Positions 20,851 through 30,847 of a DNA stretch of 64,000 nucleotides are shown piece by piece. Both the position numbers and the translations under genes were made by a program. Position 1 is the stretch's first letter. Each line of letters begins with the position of its first letter. Under the pieces are notes generated by a model. The model did no database searches. It was not told the DNA's origin and saw nothing but the letters and a program-made list of their open reading frames with translations. Origin of the DNA: a virus; IMG/VR virus record IMGVR_UViG_3300023174_000074, positions 1 to 64,000 of that record, one strand, 5' to 3'.

Positions 20851-21551
20851 CAATAGAACAAGAGAATTTTTTCCAGATTGTAGAAATTGAAAGTATATCC
20901 GAATCATTAGAAGTTTTAAATTGCATAGATTTAACAGTAGAGGATGACGAAAGCTTTGTTATCGGAAATGGCATTATTTCACATAATTCAGCTATGGGGT
21001 CTATACTACAGAAAAGAGATCCTAAGAAAGAAGCAGTCTATGCTCTAAAAGGAAAGATCAAGAATGCAAGGAGTTTATCAGATCTTTCAGACAACAGGGA
21101 GATATTAGAATTAATGCAGATCCTAAATCTAGATCCGGAGGGGCAAAATATACAATGTCCATTTGAGAGAGTCGTTATAGCTACCGATCAGGATCCTGAC
21201 GGAGCTCACATTACATCACTATTAATAAACCTATTTTATCTTTGGTTTCCCTGGATGATTAAGCAAGGTAGAATCCAATTCTTAGAAACACCATTGGTTA
21301 CCGTTGGGGATAAGGCTAAGAAATATTTTTATTCACTAGAGGAGTTTAAAAAAGGTACGGGAAGATCAGATAAAGGTAATGTCAGATACCTTAAGGGATT
21401 GGGATCTCTATCGTTGGAAGACTGGGATCATGTTATGAAGAATAAAAAAATAACAGTTCTAGTTGAGGACAAGAAAACTAAGTATCATTTAGATATGGCT
21501 TTTGGTAAGTCCTCAATGGAAAGAAAAAAGTGGTTAAGCTCAGTTGTTTAA
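20844..21551 (+). CDS. split intein C-half (20844-20987) plus topoisomerase II TOPRIM fragment (gp60-like)
   Basis: DLTVEDDESF...ISHN|SAMG; LKGKIKN, TDQDPDGAHI, YLKGLGS. Confidence 0.9.
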   Translation: MLTIEQENFFQIVEIESISESLEVLNCIDLTVEDDESFVIGNGIISHNSAMGSILQKRDPKKEAVYALKGKIKNARSLSDLSDNREILELMQILNLDPEGQNIQCPFERVVIATDQDPDGAHITSLLINLFYLWFPWMIKQGRIQFLETPLVTVGDKAKKYFYSLEEFKKGTGRSDKGNVRYLKGLGSLSLEDWDHVMKNKKITVLVEDKKTKYHLDMAFGKSSMERKKWLSSVV

Positions 21552-21586
21552 TTTTTAATCCCGAGGGATTTTATTATATTTACCGA

Positions 21587-22507
21587 ATGGAAAGAAGATA
21601 TGGTTATTGTTGTATAAATTTAAGTTTAGCTAAGGACAAAATCTCTACAAATAGAGGTATGGTCAAAAGGACATTTGAAGAAAAAGGTCTTCCTTATGCT
21701 TCCGAACTTGCACTAAAGAATGTTCAAGATCTCAAGAAAATCTTAGAGTGGAATAACGCTAACGACATTAGGATGTTCAGAATGTCAAGTGATATATTTC
21801 CCTGGTGTTCTGAATATGAAATAAGTGATCTTCACGATTACCAGGAGATCTCTCAAATTTTAAAGTCATGCGGGGATTATGCAAAGGAAACTAATCAGAG
21901 GATAACATTCCATCCATCTCCATATGGGGTTTTAGCATCAGAGAATCCTTCAGTTGTAAAAAAAGCACTAAAGGAGCTTAATCAGCATGGCGAGATATTC
22001 GATATTATGGGATTAGATAGAAATCACTTTTATCCTATAAACATACACGTAAACACTACAAAGCCAACCAAAGAAGCTGCTGCTATCAGATTCTGCGAAA
22101 ACTTCGAAATGTTATCGGAATCAACAAAATCTAGATTAGTCGTTGAGGTTGATGACAAGAAATCACAATATAATGCAGTTGATCTTTACCGTATGGTTTA
22201 CTCCAATATTAATATTCCAGTTACCTTCGACTACCTTCATAATAAATGTAATCCCTCACACTTAGACGAGAAACAAGCTCTTGCACTTTGTTTATCAACT
22301 TGGACAAAAGGAATCCCCGCTATTACACACTACTCGGATTCTAAAAAACTTTATGAGGATGAAACATCTAAGGAAGTTGCACACACTGACTGGATATGGG
22401 GTAATGTTGAAACTTATGGACTTGATTTCTCTATAGAATTTGAGGTAAAAATGAAGGATTTGGCTTTACTCAAATACATAAAAGAAAATAAAAAAATATT
22501 ATCATAA
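21587..22507 (+). CDS. uvsE: UV damage endonuclease
   Basis: GYCCIN, FRMSSDIFP, RITFHP, NIH, FDYLH, HYS, AHTD, EVKMKD. Confidence 0.9.
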   Translation: MERRYGYCCINLSLAKDKISTNRGMVKRTFEEKGLPYASELALKNVQDLKKILEWNNANDIRMFRMSSDIFPWCSEYEISDLHDYQEISQILKSCGDYAKETNQRITFHPSPYGVLASENPSVVKKALKELNQHGEIFDIMGLDRNHFYPINIHVNTTKPTKEAAAIRFCENFEMLSESTKSRLVVEVDDKKSQYNAVDLYRMVYSNINIPVTFDYLHNKCNPSHLDEKQALALCLSTWTKGIPAITHYSDSKKLYEDETSKEVAHTDWIWGNVETYGLDFSIEFEVKMKDLALLKYIKENKKILS

Positions 22508-22746
22508 TGAACGAAGAAGTACAGAACTTTGAGAATATGATTCTCGATAAAGAAAACACACAAGAGATTAAATATAATATCGATAGAGATATAGAGGCTT
22601 CAGTAAAGTATGAATATCTTTGTGAGAGTTTCGGTAAAGAAAAAGCAAATTCTGCTATTAAAGAAGCCGGATTGGAAATGGCAGATATCTATGATCTTGA
22701 TAATTTTAACATCATAGCAGAAATACTAAACAAATCTTCTATATAA
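22507..22746 (+). CDS. hypothetical protein
   Basis: TAATG-coupled ORF. Confidence 0.55.
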   Translation: MNEEVQNFENMILDKENTQEIKYNIDRDIEASVKYEYLCESFGKEKANSAIKEAGLEMADIYDLDNFNIIAEILNKSSI

Positions 22747-22749
22747 GAT

Positions 22750-23091
22750 ATGCACAGTGGCGATTTTTACATGGGGGATTTTATGATGGGCGGAAAGCAT
22801 CCACAATTTGAAATCATAAAAAAACATATAGAGAGGGCAGTGCAAGATCTTTTTATAGATTCTCTAAGAAGCAAAACCAATGACTTACTTTACGTGTTCG
22901 ACGAAGAATCACAGATAGACGGATTCACTGAAAGAATCCTTAATTACTGGGAGGAATTAGAGAATTATGAAGTTTGTAAAGAAGTCGTCGACTTAAGTAA
23001 TGATTTTAAGGAGAGATGGAAAAGCAGAGAATATTTAGAAGAATCAGCAGGAATTTCCCGACTAAAAAACCTTTTTAAATCTGAAGAATAA
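22750..23091 (+). CDS. hypothetical protein with UVR-like motif
   Basis: [14 protein letters not shown]. Confidence 0.55.
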   Translation: MHSGDFYMGDFMMGGKHPQFEIIKKHIERAVQDLFIDSLRSKTNDLLYVFDEESQIDGFTERILNYWEELENYEVCKEVVDLSNDFKERWKSREYLEESAGISRLKNLFKSEE

Positions 23092-23095
23092 TAAG

Positions 23096-24139
23096 ATGAA
23101 AGATTACTATCAAATACTAGGAGTTACCAAGGGGGCTTCGCTAGAAGAAATAAAAAAGGCCTACCGAAAGTTGGCTATAAAATATCATCCGGATAAAACT
23201 GGAAATGACCCAGCAGCGGAGGAAAAATTCAAAGAAGTCTCCGAAGCTTATGCTACACTATCAGACCCAAATAAAAAGAGCAAGTACGATAACCCCAATA
23301 CATTTGGTGGGATGGGTGGGGGAAATCCATTTGAACAATTCTGGAATGGAACGAATCCTTTCCAAAGTGGTGACTTCTCTTCTTTCTTTAACGGGCAAGG
23401 CAGAAGAACACAGGAGCCAATGATAAACAAAGGGAGAAACATAAACACTATAGTGGCTTTAACACTAGAAGAAATGATGACTGGTACAAATAAGAAGATC
23501 AAGCTTAATAGAAGAATTCATTGTGATCCATGCAAAGGCACAGGAGCAGAGAATGCAGATGTTATAAATTGTTCTGCATGCGGGGGAATAGGTAGGGTTA
23601 ATAAAACTGTTCAGTACCAATTTGGTGAAATGGTTACACAAGAAACATGTAGAGCTTGTGGAGGTCATGGATCTAAACCTAAAAAATCTTGCAATGAATG
23701 CTCAGGCACTGGAACTATTAGAAAAGACGAAGAGGTTGACTTCAATATACCTAAAGGATCTATATCCGGTGTTTCGTACGTACTTGCTGCTAAGGGAGAT
23801 TGGGCTAAGGCTCCTTCCAACCCAGGGGATCTCGTTATAACAGTAGAAGAATATGCTCATCCTGTTTATCGCAGAGATGGTGTAAATTTAATAAATGAAA
23901 AATATATTTCATTTAAGGAAATTTGTCTAGGTACCGAAATAGAATTTCCAAACTTAACTGGATCTAGCTTTAGAATAAAAATACCACCAGGAACACAGCC
24001 AGGCAAAATATTTAGATTAAAAGGTAAGGGGTTACCAGAATTTAATGGATTTGGAGCTGGTGATATACTGGTCCAGGTAAATGTAAAAATACCAGAATTC
24101 CTTACCGAAGAACAAATGAAAGCAATCGAACATTTTTAA
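23096..24139 (+). CDS. dnaJ: DnaJ chaperone
   Basis: J domain with HPD, G/F region, four CxxCxGxG repeats, C-terminal domain. Confidence 0.95.
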   Translation: MKDYYQILGVTKGASLEEIKKAYRKLAIKYHPDKTGNDPAAEEKFKEVSEAYATLSDPNKKSKYDNPNTFGGMGGGNPFEQFWNGTNPFQSGDFSSFFNGQGRRTQEPMINKGRNINTIVALTLEEMMTGTNKKIKLNRRIHCDPCKGTGAENADVINCSACGGIGRVNKTVQYQFGEMVTQETCRACGGHGSKPKKSCNECSGTGTIRKDEEVDFNIPKGSISGVSYVLAAKGDWAKAPSNPGDLVITVEEYAHPVYRRDGVNLINEKYISFKEICLGTEIEFPNLTGSSFRIKIPPGTQPGKIFRLKGKGLPEFNGFGAGDILVQVNVKIPEFLTEEQMKAIEHF

Positions 24140-24142
24140 ACT

Positions 24143-24460
24143 ATGACTATACTATTTTTATTTCTCGGATGGTCCTTAACATCTCTAATAGTTAACGGAT
24201 CTATATTTGCACCATTTAGAAACTATCTGCTGGTAAAATCGCCATTCTTTGGTAAACTAGTATCTTGTATACAATGTACTGGACTATGGGCAGGTGTTAT
24301 AATCTTTGTTCCGCTCCTAGCATTGGATGAGGTTTCCCAAATATCAAGTTACGAATGGATAGGCTATGTTGCTTATCCAATAATACAAAGCGGTGTGGCA
24401 GTAATATTAGAATCATTCATAATTTATTTAGTTAAAGGATCAAGAAGCAATCAACAATAA
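24143..24460 (+). CDS. DUF1360-like membrane protein
   Basis: IFAPFR...LVSCIQCTGLW, hydrophobic segments. Confidence 0.6.
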   Translation: MTILFLFLGWSLTSLIVNGSIFAPFRNYLLVKSPFFGKLVSCIQCTGLWAGVIIFVPLLALDEVSQISSYEWIGYVAYPIIQSGVAVILESFIIYLVKGSRSNQQ

Positions 24461-24469
24461 AAATCTATA

Positions 24470-24976
24470 ATGTCGACAAACTTAAACATATCAGACCAGA
24501 TAAATCAACAATACAGAACTTACGCATTGTATGTTTTGCAAAGTAGAGGTATACCAAATTTCTATGATGCTTTAACTCCTGTTCAAAGGTTAATCCTAGA
24601 AAATTCTCCAGGTAAATTCAACAAGACTATTGGCTTGGTCGGAGAGGTAATTAAAACAGGGCTATATCACCACGGGGATTGTTTTTTATATAACACAAAG
24701 ATAAACCTAGCAGACGGAACACAGGTTTCGATAGGAGATTGGGCGGAAAAATTTCCGGATATTAAATTATTCGTATATTGCGTAGACGAAAACGGAGAAA
24801 AAACAATATCTTTAGGGCATTCCCCAAGGGTGGGTCAGATTACTGATGAAATGTTTGAGATCGAACTTGAAAATGGGGAGATATTTAAGTGCACAAAAAA
24901 TCACCCGTTTCTAACTAATAGAGGATGGATTAAAGCTGAGGATTTATTAGGTTCGGATGAGATAGTAAGCATCTAA
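24470..24976 (+). CDS. topoisomerase II cleavage subunit (GyrA/gp52-like) N-fragment plus split intein N-half (24680-24976)
   Basis: YALYV..RGIP..DALTPVQR, YHHGD|CFLY; block B CTKNHPFLT. Confidence 0.9.
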   Translation: MSTNLNISDQINQQYRTYALYVLQSRGIPNFYDALTPVQRLILENSPGKFNKTIGLVGEVIKTGLYHHGDCFLYNTKINLADGTQVSIGDWAEKFPDIKLFVYCVDENGEKTISLGHSPRVGQITDEMFEIELENGEIFKCTKNHPFLTNRGWIKAEDLLGSDEIVSI

Positions 24977-25013
24977 TAAATTTTTATCATCACGGGATAT
25001 ATAAAAATAAACC

Positions 25014-25916
25014 GTGATGATAAAGAAATGCTTATATTGTTCTAATAGATTTAAACAAAAAACTAGTTTTGTGAAATACTGTTCACCTAAATGCAAGTCT
25101 AGAGATAGATTTATAAAAATCCAATATGGAGAAAAATTTTTTAATATCTGGAAAGAAAATGCAATAAAATATCCAGATTTTTATAGTACGATAAAAAGAC
25201 CAAAGGATAGATTTAAAAATAAATGTCTAATGTGCGAAAAAGAATTTATCGAATTTAGAAAGTGCTGTAGTAGTGAATGTTCCCTGAAATTAAAAAAACA
25301 GACAACATTTAATTCTACTGGATCTGAGCATAATTTTGCAAAAAATTCAACATCAAGAACAGAGATGGATGATAATCTATTTAAAAATTTCGGAATAGTA
25401 AATATCTTTCAGAGGGAGGATGTAAAGTTGAAATTAAAAAATACGTGGATAGAAAATCACGGGGTTTCAAATCCTACCATTAATGCAAGCATTAGAAATA
25501 AGGTAAGAAAAACTAATGAAAATTCGGGGCGTTGGTTAAAAGCACACGAAAAAGATGAATTTGAGCTATATTGTTATCACGTAAAACAATTTACTAATTG
25601 GAATATGAATAGATTTGCATTAAAACTATGGGGGAATGAATTTTATAAGAATTGGGGATTTTATGAAAATCATCTAGATCATATATTTTCCAAAAAAGAA
25701 GGGTTTATGCAAAAAATCCCTGCTAATATAATAGGTAGCTTTGTAAATCTTAGAATGCTTCCACGTAAGGAAAATTTATCAAAGGGTATAAAATGTGATA
25801 TTACTAGCGAAGATTTATATAATCGTTATTTATTATTTGAAGAAGAGAATCCCGAAATATTAAGAGAAATAGAAACTATATTTAAAGAATCATTAAAATA
25901 TGTCAATAAAAATTAA
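25014..25916 (+). CDS. homing endonuclease (Cys clusters plus C-terminal HNH-like domain)
   Basis: CxxC/CSxxC motifs; HLDHIFS...NLRML...NLSKG; lies between intein halves. Confidence 0.75.
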   Translation: MMIKKCLYCSNRFKQKTSFVKYCSPKCKSRDRFIKIQYGEKFFNIWKENAIKYPDFYSTIKRPKDRFKNKCLMCEKEFIEFRKCCSSECSLKLKKQTTFNSTGSEHNFAKNSTSRTEMDDNLFKNFGIVNIFQREDVKLKLKNTWIENHGVSNPTINASIRNKVRKTNENSGRWLKAHEKDEFELYCYHVKQFTNWNMNRFALKLWGNEFYKNWGFYENHLDHIFSKKEGFMQKIPANIIGSFVNLRMLPRKENLSKGIKCDITSEDLYNRYLLFEEENPEILREIETIFKESLKYVNKN

Positions 25917-27219
25917 ATCAATAAAAAAAATTATCCTGGATTCTCCAAAGCCTTTTTATGATATAACGGTAGAAAAATATGCAAATTTTTCTATTGGTAA
26001 ATCTGGTATAGTAGTTCACAATTCATCTCTGTCCGGTGCTATATCAAAATTAGCTAGGCCTTTTGGCTGTGCTTTTAGCGTTCTTGAAGGTGATGGATTT
26101 TTTGGTTCACCCGTTAATCCAAGTCCATCTGCTCCCAGATACACGTCGGTTAAGATCAATAGCAGGATCAAAGATTTTTTATTCAAAAACTATGATCTTA
26201 ATGACAAGAACGAAGAGGGTGGACACGATTGGCTTCATGTTGAAGTTCCTATTGGATTACTAACTCACGTTGTTGGTATTGCAGTAGGGTACAGAAGTAA
26301 CATACTTCCTAGAAAATTAGAGGATATCATAGAGTATCTAAACGGATCTCCAAAATTGCTTAAGCCCTATTTTAAAGATTTCTCTGGTAAGATATCAAAA
26401 TTTAGAAATGAGGATAATACGTGGTTATTCGAAAGCGGATTTGATGTTGATGCTAAGAAAAAAACAATACACATCTATGATTTACCACCAGTAATGAGAT
26501 ATGATAGCTTTATTAATAAGCTAGATTCTAAATTAGAAAACTCTGGATGCGAATACAGAATAGAAAACAGATCACAAAGTAAGTGCGATCTGATAGTCTC
26601 ATTAAGAGGAATGGATAATGCAAGGTTTACCGAAATTGTTGAAATCATATCAAGACTATGTAAGATTATAGTTACCGAGGATGTTATATTTATTCGTGAC
26701 GGTGGAGTTATGGAATTCACTTCTGTCAAAGAGTACTTAGATCATTTCAAGGGTCATCTTGAATTGGTTAAATTAAAAAGGTTATTGAAGGATCTTAGCG
26801 ACTATTCTAAAGAGCTACAGTTTTTAGAAGCAAAACTAAAGTTTCTTAATTTCATGATATCTAAAAAAAGAACAAACGATGAGATCATAGCATTTCTCGG
26901 AGAATTTGAAAATTGGATATCACAGAGATTGCAGAGGATTGAAATAATAAGGCTAAGCTCTGACCACATTAAACAAACCGAGATTGATATCAAAGGGTTA
27001 AAAGAAAAAATAACCGAAGCTAAAAAGCTTGTAAAGGATCAGGAAAAAATACACAAAGAAGCGGCTAAGAAAATACAGGCATTGGGTAAAATTAGGTCAT
27101 TCAAACCCATGATAAATCTATTCGAAACAAATCAAATAGAAGGTATAGAGGTTTATCAGGTACCTGATGAAGAGGATACTGTAATTTCGGATGAAAATTT
27201 AGAAGAAAACGAAATTTAA
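25900..27219 (+). CDS. split intein C-half (25900-26022) plus topoisomerase II cleavage subunit C-fragment
   Basis: FYDITV...NF...VVHN|SSL; GDGFFGS, SAPRYT catalytic Tyr, GIAVGY; no GyrA beta-pinwheel. Confidence 0.9.
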   Translation: MSIKIKSIKKIILDSPKPFYDITVEKYANFSIGKSGIVVHNSSLSGAISKLARPFGCAFSVLEGDGFFGSPVNPSPSAPRYTSVKINSRIKDFLFKNYDLNDKNEEGGHDWLHVEVPIGLLTHVVGIAVGYRSNILPRKLEDIIEYLNGSPKLLKPYFKDFSGKISKFRNEDNTWLFESGFDVDAKKKTIHIYDLPPVMRYDSFINKLDSKLENSGCEYRIENRSQSKCDLIVSLRGMDNARFTEIVEIISRLCKIIVTEDVIFIRDGGVMEFTSVKEYLDHFKGHLELVKLKRLLKDLSDYSKELQFLEAKLKFLNFMISKKRTNDEIIAFLGEFENWISQRLQRIEIIRLSSDHIKQTEIDIKGLKEKITEAKKLVKDQEKIHKEAAKKIQALGKIRSFKPMINLFETNQIEGIEVYQVPDEEDTVISDENLEENEI

Positions 27220-27256
27220 TTGCAAAATCAATCTAGAACTATTAAATAATAAGAAA

Positions 27257-28018
27257 ATGAAATTAAGAATAACAAGCACCCAAAATTTTCTAGTCTTTTT
27301 AAAAAGACTTAAATCAGTAGAAAAAAGCGTAATCCTTGAATTGACAAAGGATAGCTTATTCTCCAAGGTTCACACTGCAGATAAAGCTGTTATGAAATAC
27401 ACCTGTATTTCGCTATCTGATGTTATGGAGGGTGACATCGATTGGGCAAAATTAAAAACTGATAGAGTTAAGATTGGCATTCTGGATGTTACAAGATTGA
27501 TGGAGGCATTCAAGCACTTCAGACCAGAGGAGGATGTTTATCTGGAACTTACCACAGATAATGTAGATGGAGATTGTGTATCCACTGAGGTTAAACTAAT
27601 ATCTGCTTCATTAAACATCAGATTAAGGTGTGCAGATCTAGGATTATTATCTTATGTCGAAGACAAAATTTTAGAAATGGTGCATTCTCAAGAAGATGCT
27701 GTTGCACAGTTTAAAATATACCAATCAGACTTTACGACAATCCTTTCTTTATGTGGATTAGAGACAAATTCAGAAGAGATATTAGCATTTGAGATAAACG
27801 AAAAGAATGCACACGCATTCGGTGATTCATTCAGATACAAACTTAATCTAGGTGCTTCTGAGATAACTACATCAGATCCGGTTATCTCTAATATCTATAA
27901 AGGCCAATTATCATATATGGAAGCTGAAACTTGCCAAATTTTCGTACATGATAACAGATTGGTTATGTGTTCTGAACAATCATCAACTTCTATTGCAATC
28001 GGATTAGTTGAAAAATAA
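27257..28018 (+). CDS. sliding clamp (T4 gp45-like)
   Basis: Size and pattern similar to gp45 (FLKRLKSV...IGILDVTRLMEAF); position next to polymerase. Confidence 0.6.
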   Translation: MKLRITSTQNFLVFLKRLKSVEKSVILELTKDSLFSKVHTADKAVMKYTCISLSDVMEGDIDWAKLKTDRVKIGILDVTRLMEAFKHFRPEEDVYLELTTDNVDGDCVSTEVKLISASLNIRLRCADLGLLSYVEDKILEMVHSQEDAVAQFKIYQSDFTTILSLCGLETNSEEILAFEINEKNAHAFGDSFRYKLNLGASEITTSDPVISNIYKGQLSYMEAETCQIFVHDNRLVMCSEQSSTSIAIGLVEK

Positions 28019-28031
28019 TAATTAATAATTA

Positions 28032-28964
28032 ATGAGCACAAGCAACATTTCATTTGTAACAGTATCTGATGACAGATATGGTCGTAAGGATGGTAAATAC
28101 TCATCAACTCAGGATTTTATTCTAGAAACTCTTAGAGGTAATTCCCATATGGGATTTTCTAATTTTTTCTTTTGGAAATTTAATGATATACTATCGACAG
28201 ATTTCTATAAGGATAATAAAAAGATGCTAGATAATTATGATCCTGCTATGAACGGTAGATGCTATAAGCCATTCACTATTCTAGAAGCTTTAAAGTCAAT
28301 AGGGGATGGAGATTTTTTAATATATAATGACGTTTCACCCGAGCATTGGACAAATCTATCATTCGATTCTTCGGTGTTTAGTCTTGACGTTATAAAAGAA
28401 CTGTGCAACTCAAACGGTGGTATACTTAGTACTGAAAGTGTTTGGATAGTTAATAACGAAGTTGCTCCACATACCCACGAGAACTTTACCACAGAGGCCT
28501 GTATGAATAGAATGGATATGCAAAAGTATCGCCATTCCATACAGCATGCTTCGGGTATGATAGTCTTTCAAAAATCCAAGAAAACCCTAGATTTTGTAAC
28601 AGAGTGGTTAAAATGGAATCTTATAGATGAGTGTGCTAGTTTATCATCATTGGACGAACCCATAAGGGATTTTTACGGAGTTGATGTTGGAAACTGCGGT
28701 AAGGTTGGGCACAGACACGATCAATCTATCTCCGGATTGCTTATAAATGATCTCAACGGGAAAATAGTTAAAAATCCAGGGGGATTTAATTTTCTGAATT
28801 TCTGCAGAAGAAATTTTGGATATGATTTCATTGAAACTAATCAGGGACCAAGTGATTATATTTACTGGAATACATTCGACGGAAGCAATTGGGTTTATCT
28901 AAAATCGCCAAGAAATCATGAAAATATAGCTAGGGTAACAAGTGATCCAACAAATTTAAGATAA
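28032..28964 (+). CDS. putative glycosyltransferase (GT-A-like)
   Basis: KPFTILEAL, LIYND, W..W, HRHDQSI motif. Confidence 0.7.
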   Translation: MSTSNISFVTVSDDRYGRKDGKYSSTQDFILETLRGNSHMGFSNFFFWKFNDILSTDFYKDNKKMLDNYDPAMNGRCYKPFTILEALKSIGDGDFLIYNDVSPEHWTNLSFDSSVFSLDVIKELCNSNGGILSTESVWIVNNEVAPHTHENFTTEACMNRMDMQKYRHSIQHASGMIVFQKSKKTLDFVTEWLKWNLIDECASLSSLDEPIRDFYGVDVGNCGKVGHRHDQSISGLLINDLNGKIVKNPGGFNFLNFCRRNFGYDFIETNQGPSDYIYWNTFDGSNWVYLKSPRNHENIARVTSDPTNLR

Positions 28965-29672
28965 ATGAATCAGGAAGAAATTAATGAAATAGAAGAAAGA
29001 ATAGAAAAACTCACTTCTCTAAAGAACGAGTTAAAGAACGAGGAACAGGCTGTAAAATTAACAATGAACTCGATATATGGGGCCATCGGAAACAATTGGT
29101 TTGTTTGTTTTAATCCTGACGTTGCCGAAGCTGTTACCTTACAGGGACAGGACCTGATTAAATATTCAGAAAAAGCGCTACATAAATACTTCCATGAGTA
29201 TTGGCATGTTGACAAGGAGCTTCATGAAAAGCTAGAATTAACTACAGTTAAAAGAGTTTCCAAACCTCTCGTAATCTATGGGGACACGGATTCAGTTTTT
29301 TCCGAGAGTATTCTTACGATACAGAATGGTTTGGGTGAGGAAAGAAAAATCCCGATTGGCTATTTATTTAACGAATTGAAAATAACTGAAGATGCATATT
29401 GTGACAATAGAGGTAATGAAATAATAGAACCAGATAATTTGGCATCTCTAAATTATATTAATGAATATCTAACATTTTCACCAATCAAAAAAATAATAAG
29501 ACATAAAGTCAGAAAAGCAAAATGGAAACTTGTTACTGAAACTGGTAAGGAAGTGATAGTAACTAATGACCATTCTCTTACTGTATTTAGAGACGGGATT
29601 AAGATCCACATAAAGGCAAGCGAAATTAATATTGATACCGATCTAGTTTTAGAGGTTTCTGTCGATATATAA
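28965..29672 (+). CDS. DNA polymerase B middle fragment (motifs B and C) plus split intein N-half (29292-29672)
   Basis: QAVKLTMNSIYG, VTLQGQ, YGDTD|SVF; block B VTNDHSL. Confidence 0.92.
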   Translation: MNQEEINEIEERIEKLTSLKNELKNEEQAVKLTMNSIYGAIGNNWFVCFNPDVAEAVTLQGQDLIKYSEKALHKYFHEYWHVDKELHEKLELTTVKRVSKPLVIYGDTDSVFSESILTIQNGLGEERKIPIGYLFNELKITEDAYCDNRGNEIIEPDNLASLNYINEYLTFSPIKKIIRHKVRKAKWKLVTETGKEVIVTNDHSLTVFRDGIKIHIKASEINIDTDLVLEVSVDI

Positions 29673-29689
29673 TACAAATTATATAATAT

Positions 29690-30847
29690 ATGGAGACAGC
29701 AATAATAAAAATGTTAATTACAAAATACAGAAGGGATAAAACAATAGAATCATGGAAGGTCCTCGAAAACCTAATAGAAGATAAATCATACTGTAGAGAT
29801 TGCAACGGATCTATATTCTATCCAAATTCATTAATTCGTTTAGGTAAAGACGGAAATGTAAAATATGAAACTAATAATCCCTGTTCAAGATCATTTAAGA
29901 ATGTAGGTGGTAATAAATATTATTTATCTGTATGTTCATTTTGTCTGGATAAAAAATTTGATGAATATTCGGGTATGAATAAATCTAGAGTATTCAATGT
30001 TATGAACAGAATAACCAGATATGCATATAATATTCCTGATGATGTTGCTAATGAATTTACTAAAACTACCGCAGTGACATTGGAAAATTTGGTGAAAAAA
30101 TATGGTGAAAATGACGGTAAACTTAGATGGGAAAAATATAGAAATTTACAGGCTGTTACTAATACATTCGAATATAAGAAAGAAAAATACGGATGGAACA
30201 AATCAGACTTTGATGAATTTAACCAATCTAGAGCTATAACAGAAAAGAACCTTGTAAATAGACATGGTGAGGAGAAAGGTAAAGAAATATTTAGCGAATA
30301 TTGTAAAAAACAAACAACTAACGGTAAGACACTGGAATGGTTCATAATGAAACATGGATATGCTGACGGTCTGGCTATTTTTGATAAGATGCTTAATGCT
30401 AAACTAAAGGGTATGGAAGGAATTGGTGCATATTCTAATATGTCCCAGGATTTTTTTGATTCATTAGATGCAGAATTCGGTAATATTTTTAAAACAATAT
30501 ATTATAGAAAAAACGGAGAAGAAAAGAGAATAGTGATAAATGTTGATGGTAAATATAAATTATATTACCTAGATTATTTTATACCTGAGCTGAATATAGC
30601 TGTAGAATTTTTTGGTAATTATTATCATGCAAATCCACAAAAGTATAAAGATCCAGAAGCTGTTATTAAATTTTCTAGACTTTATAATGTTGGCGAAATT
30701 TGGGAAAGAGATAGATTAAGAATAGAAAATTTAGAAAAACATCACGGAATAAGAACTATAGTTGTATGGGAATCAGATTACTATAAAAATAAAAATAATG
30801 ATAAATTTTATAAGAATATTGTTAAATTATGTATAGAGAAGAAATAA
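29690..30847 (+). CDS. Vsr-like homing endonuclease with KYG repeats
   Basis: KKYG/RHG repeats; YS..SQ.FF, YLDYF...AVEFFGNYYH, D..R, VVWESD. Confidence 0.85.
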   Translation: METAIIKMLITKYRRDKTIESWKVLENLIEDKSYCRDCNGSIFYPNSLIRLGKDGNVKYETNNPCSRSFKNVGGNKYYLSVCSFCLDKKFDEYSGMNKSRVFNVMNRITRYAYNIPDDVANEFTKTTAVTLENLVKKYGENDGKLRWEKYRNLQAVTNTFEYKKEKYGWNKSDFDEFNQSRAITEKNLVNRHGEEKGKEIFSEYCKKQTTNGKTLEWFIMKHGYADGLAIFDKMLNAKLKGMEGIGAYSNMSQDFFDSLDAEFGNIFKTIYYRKNGEEKRIVINVDGKYKLYYLDYFIPELNIAVEFFGNYYHANPQKYKDPEAVIKFSRLYNVGEIWERDRLRIENLEKHHGIRTIVVWESDYYKNKNNDKFYKNIVKLCIEKK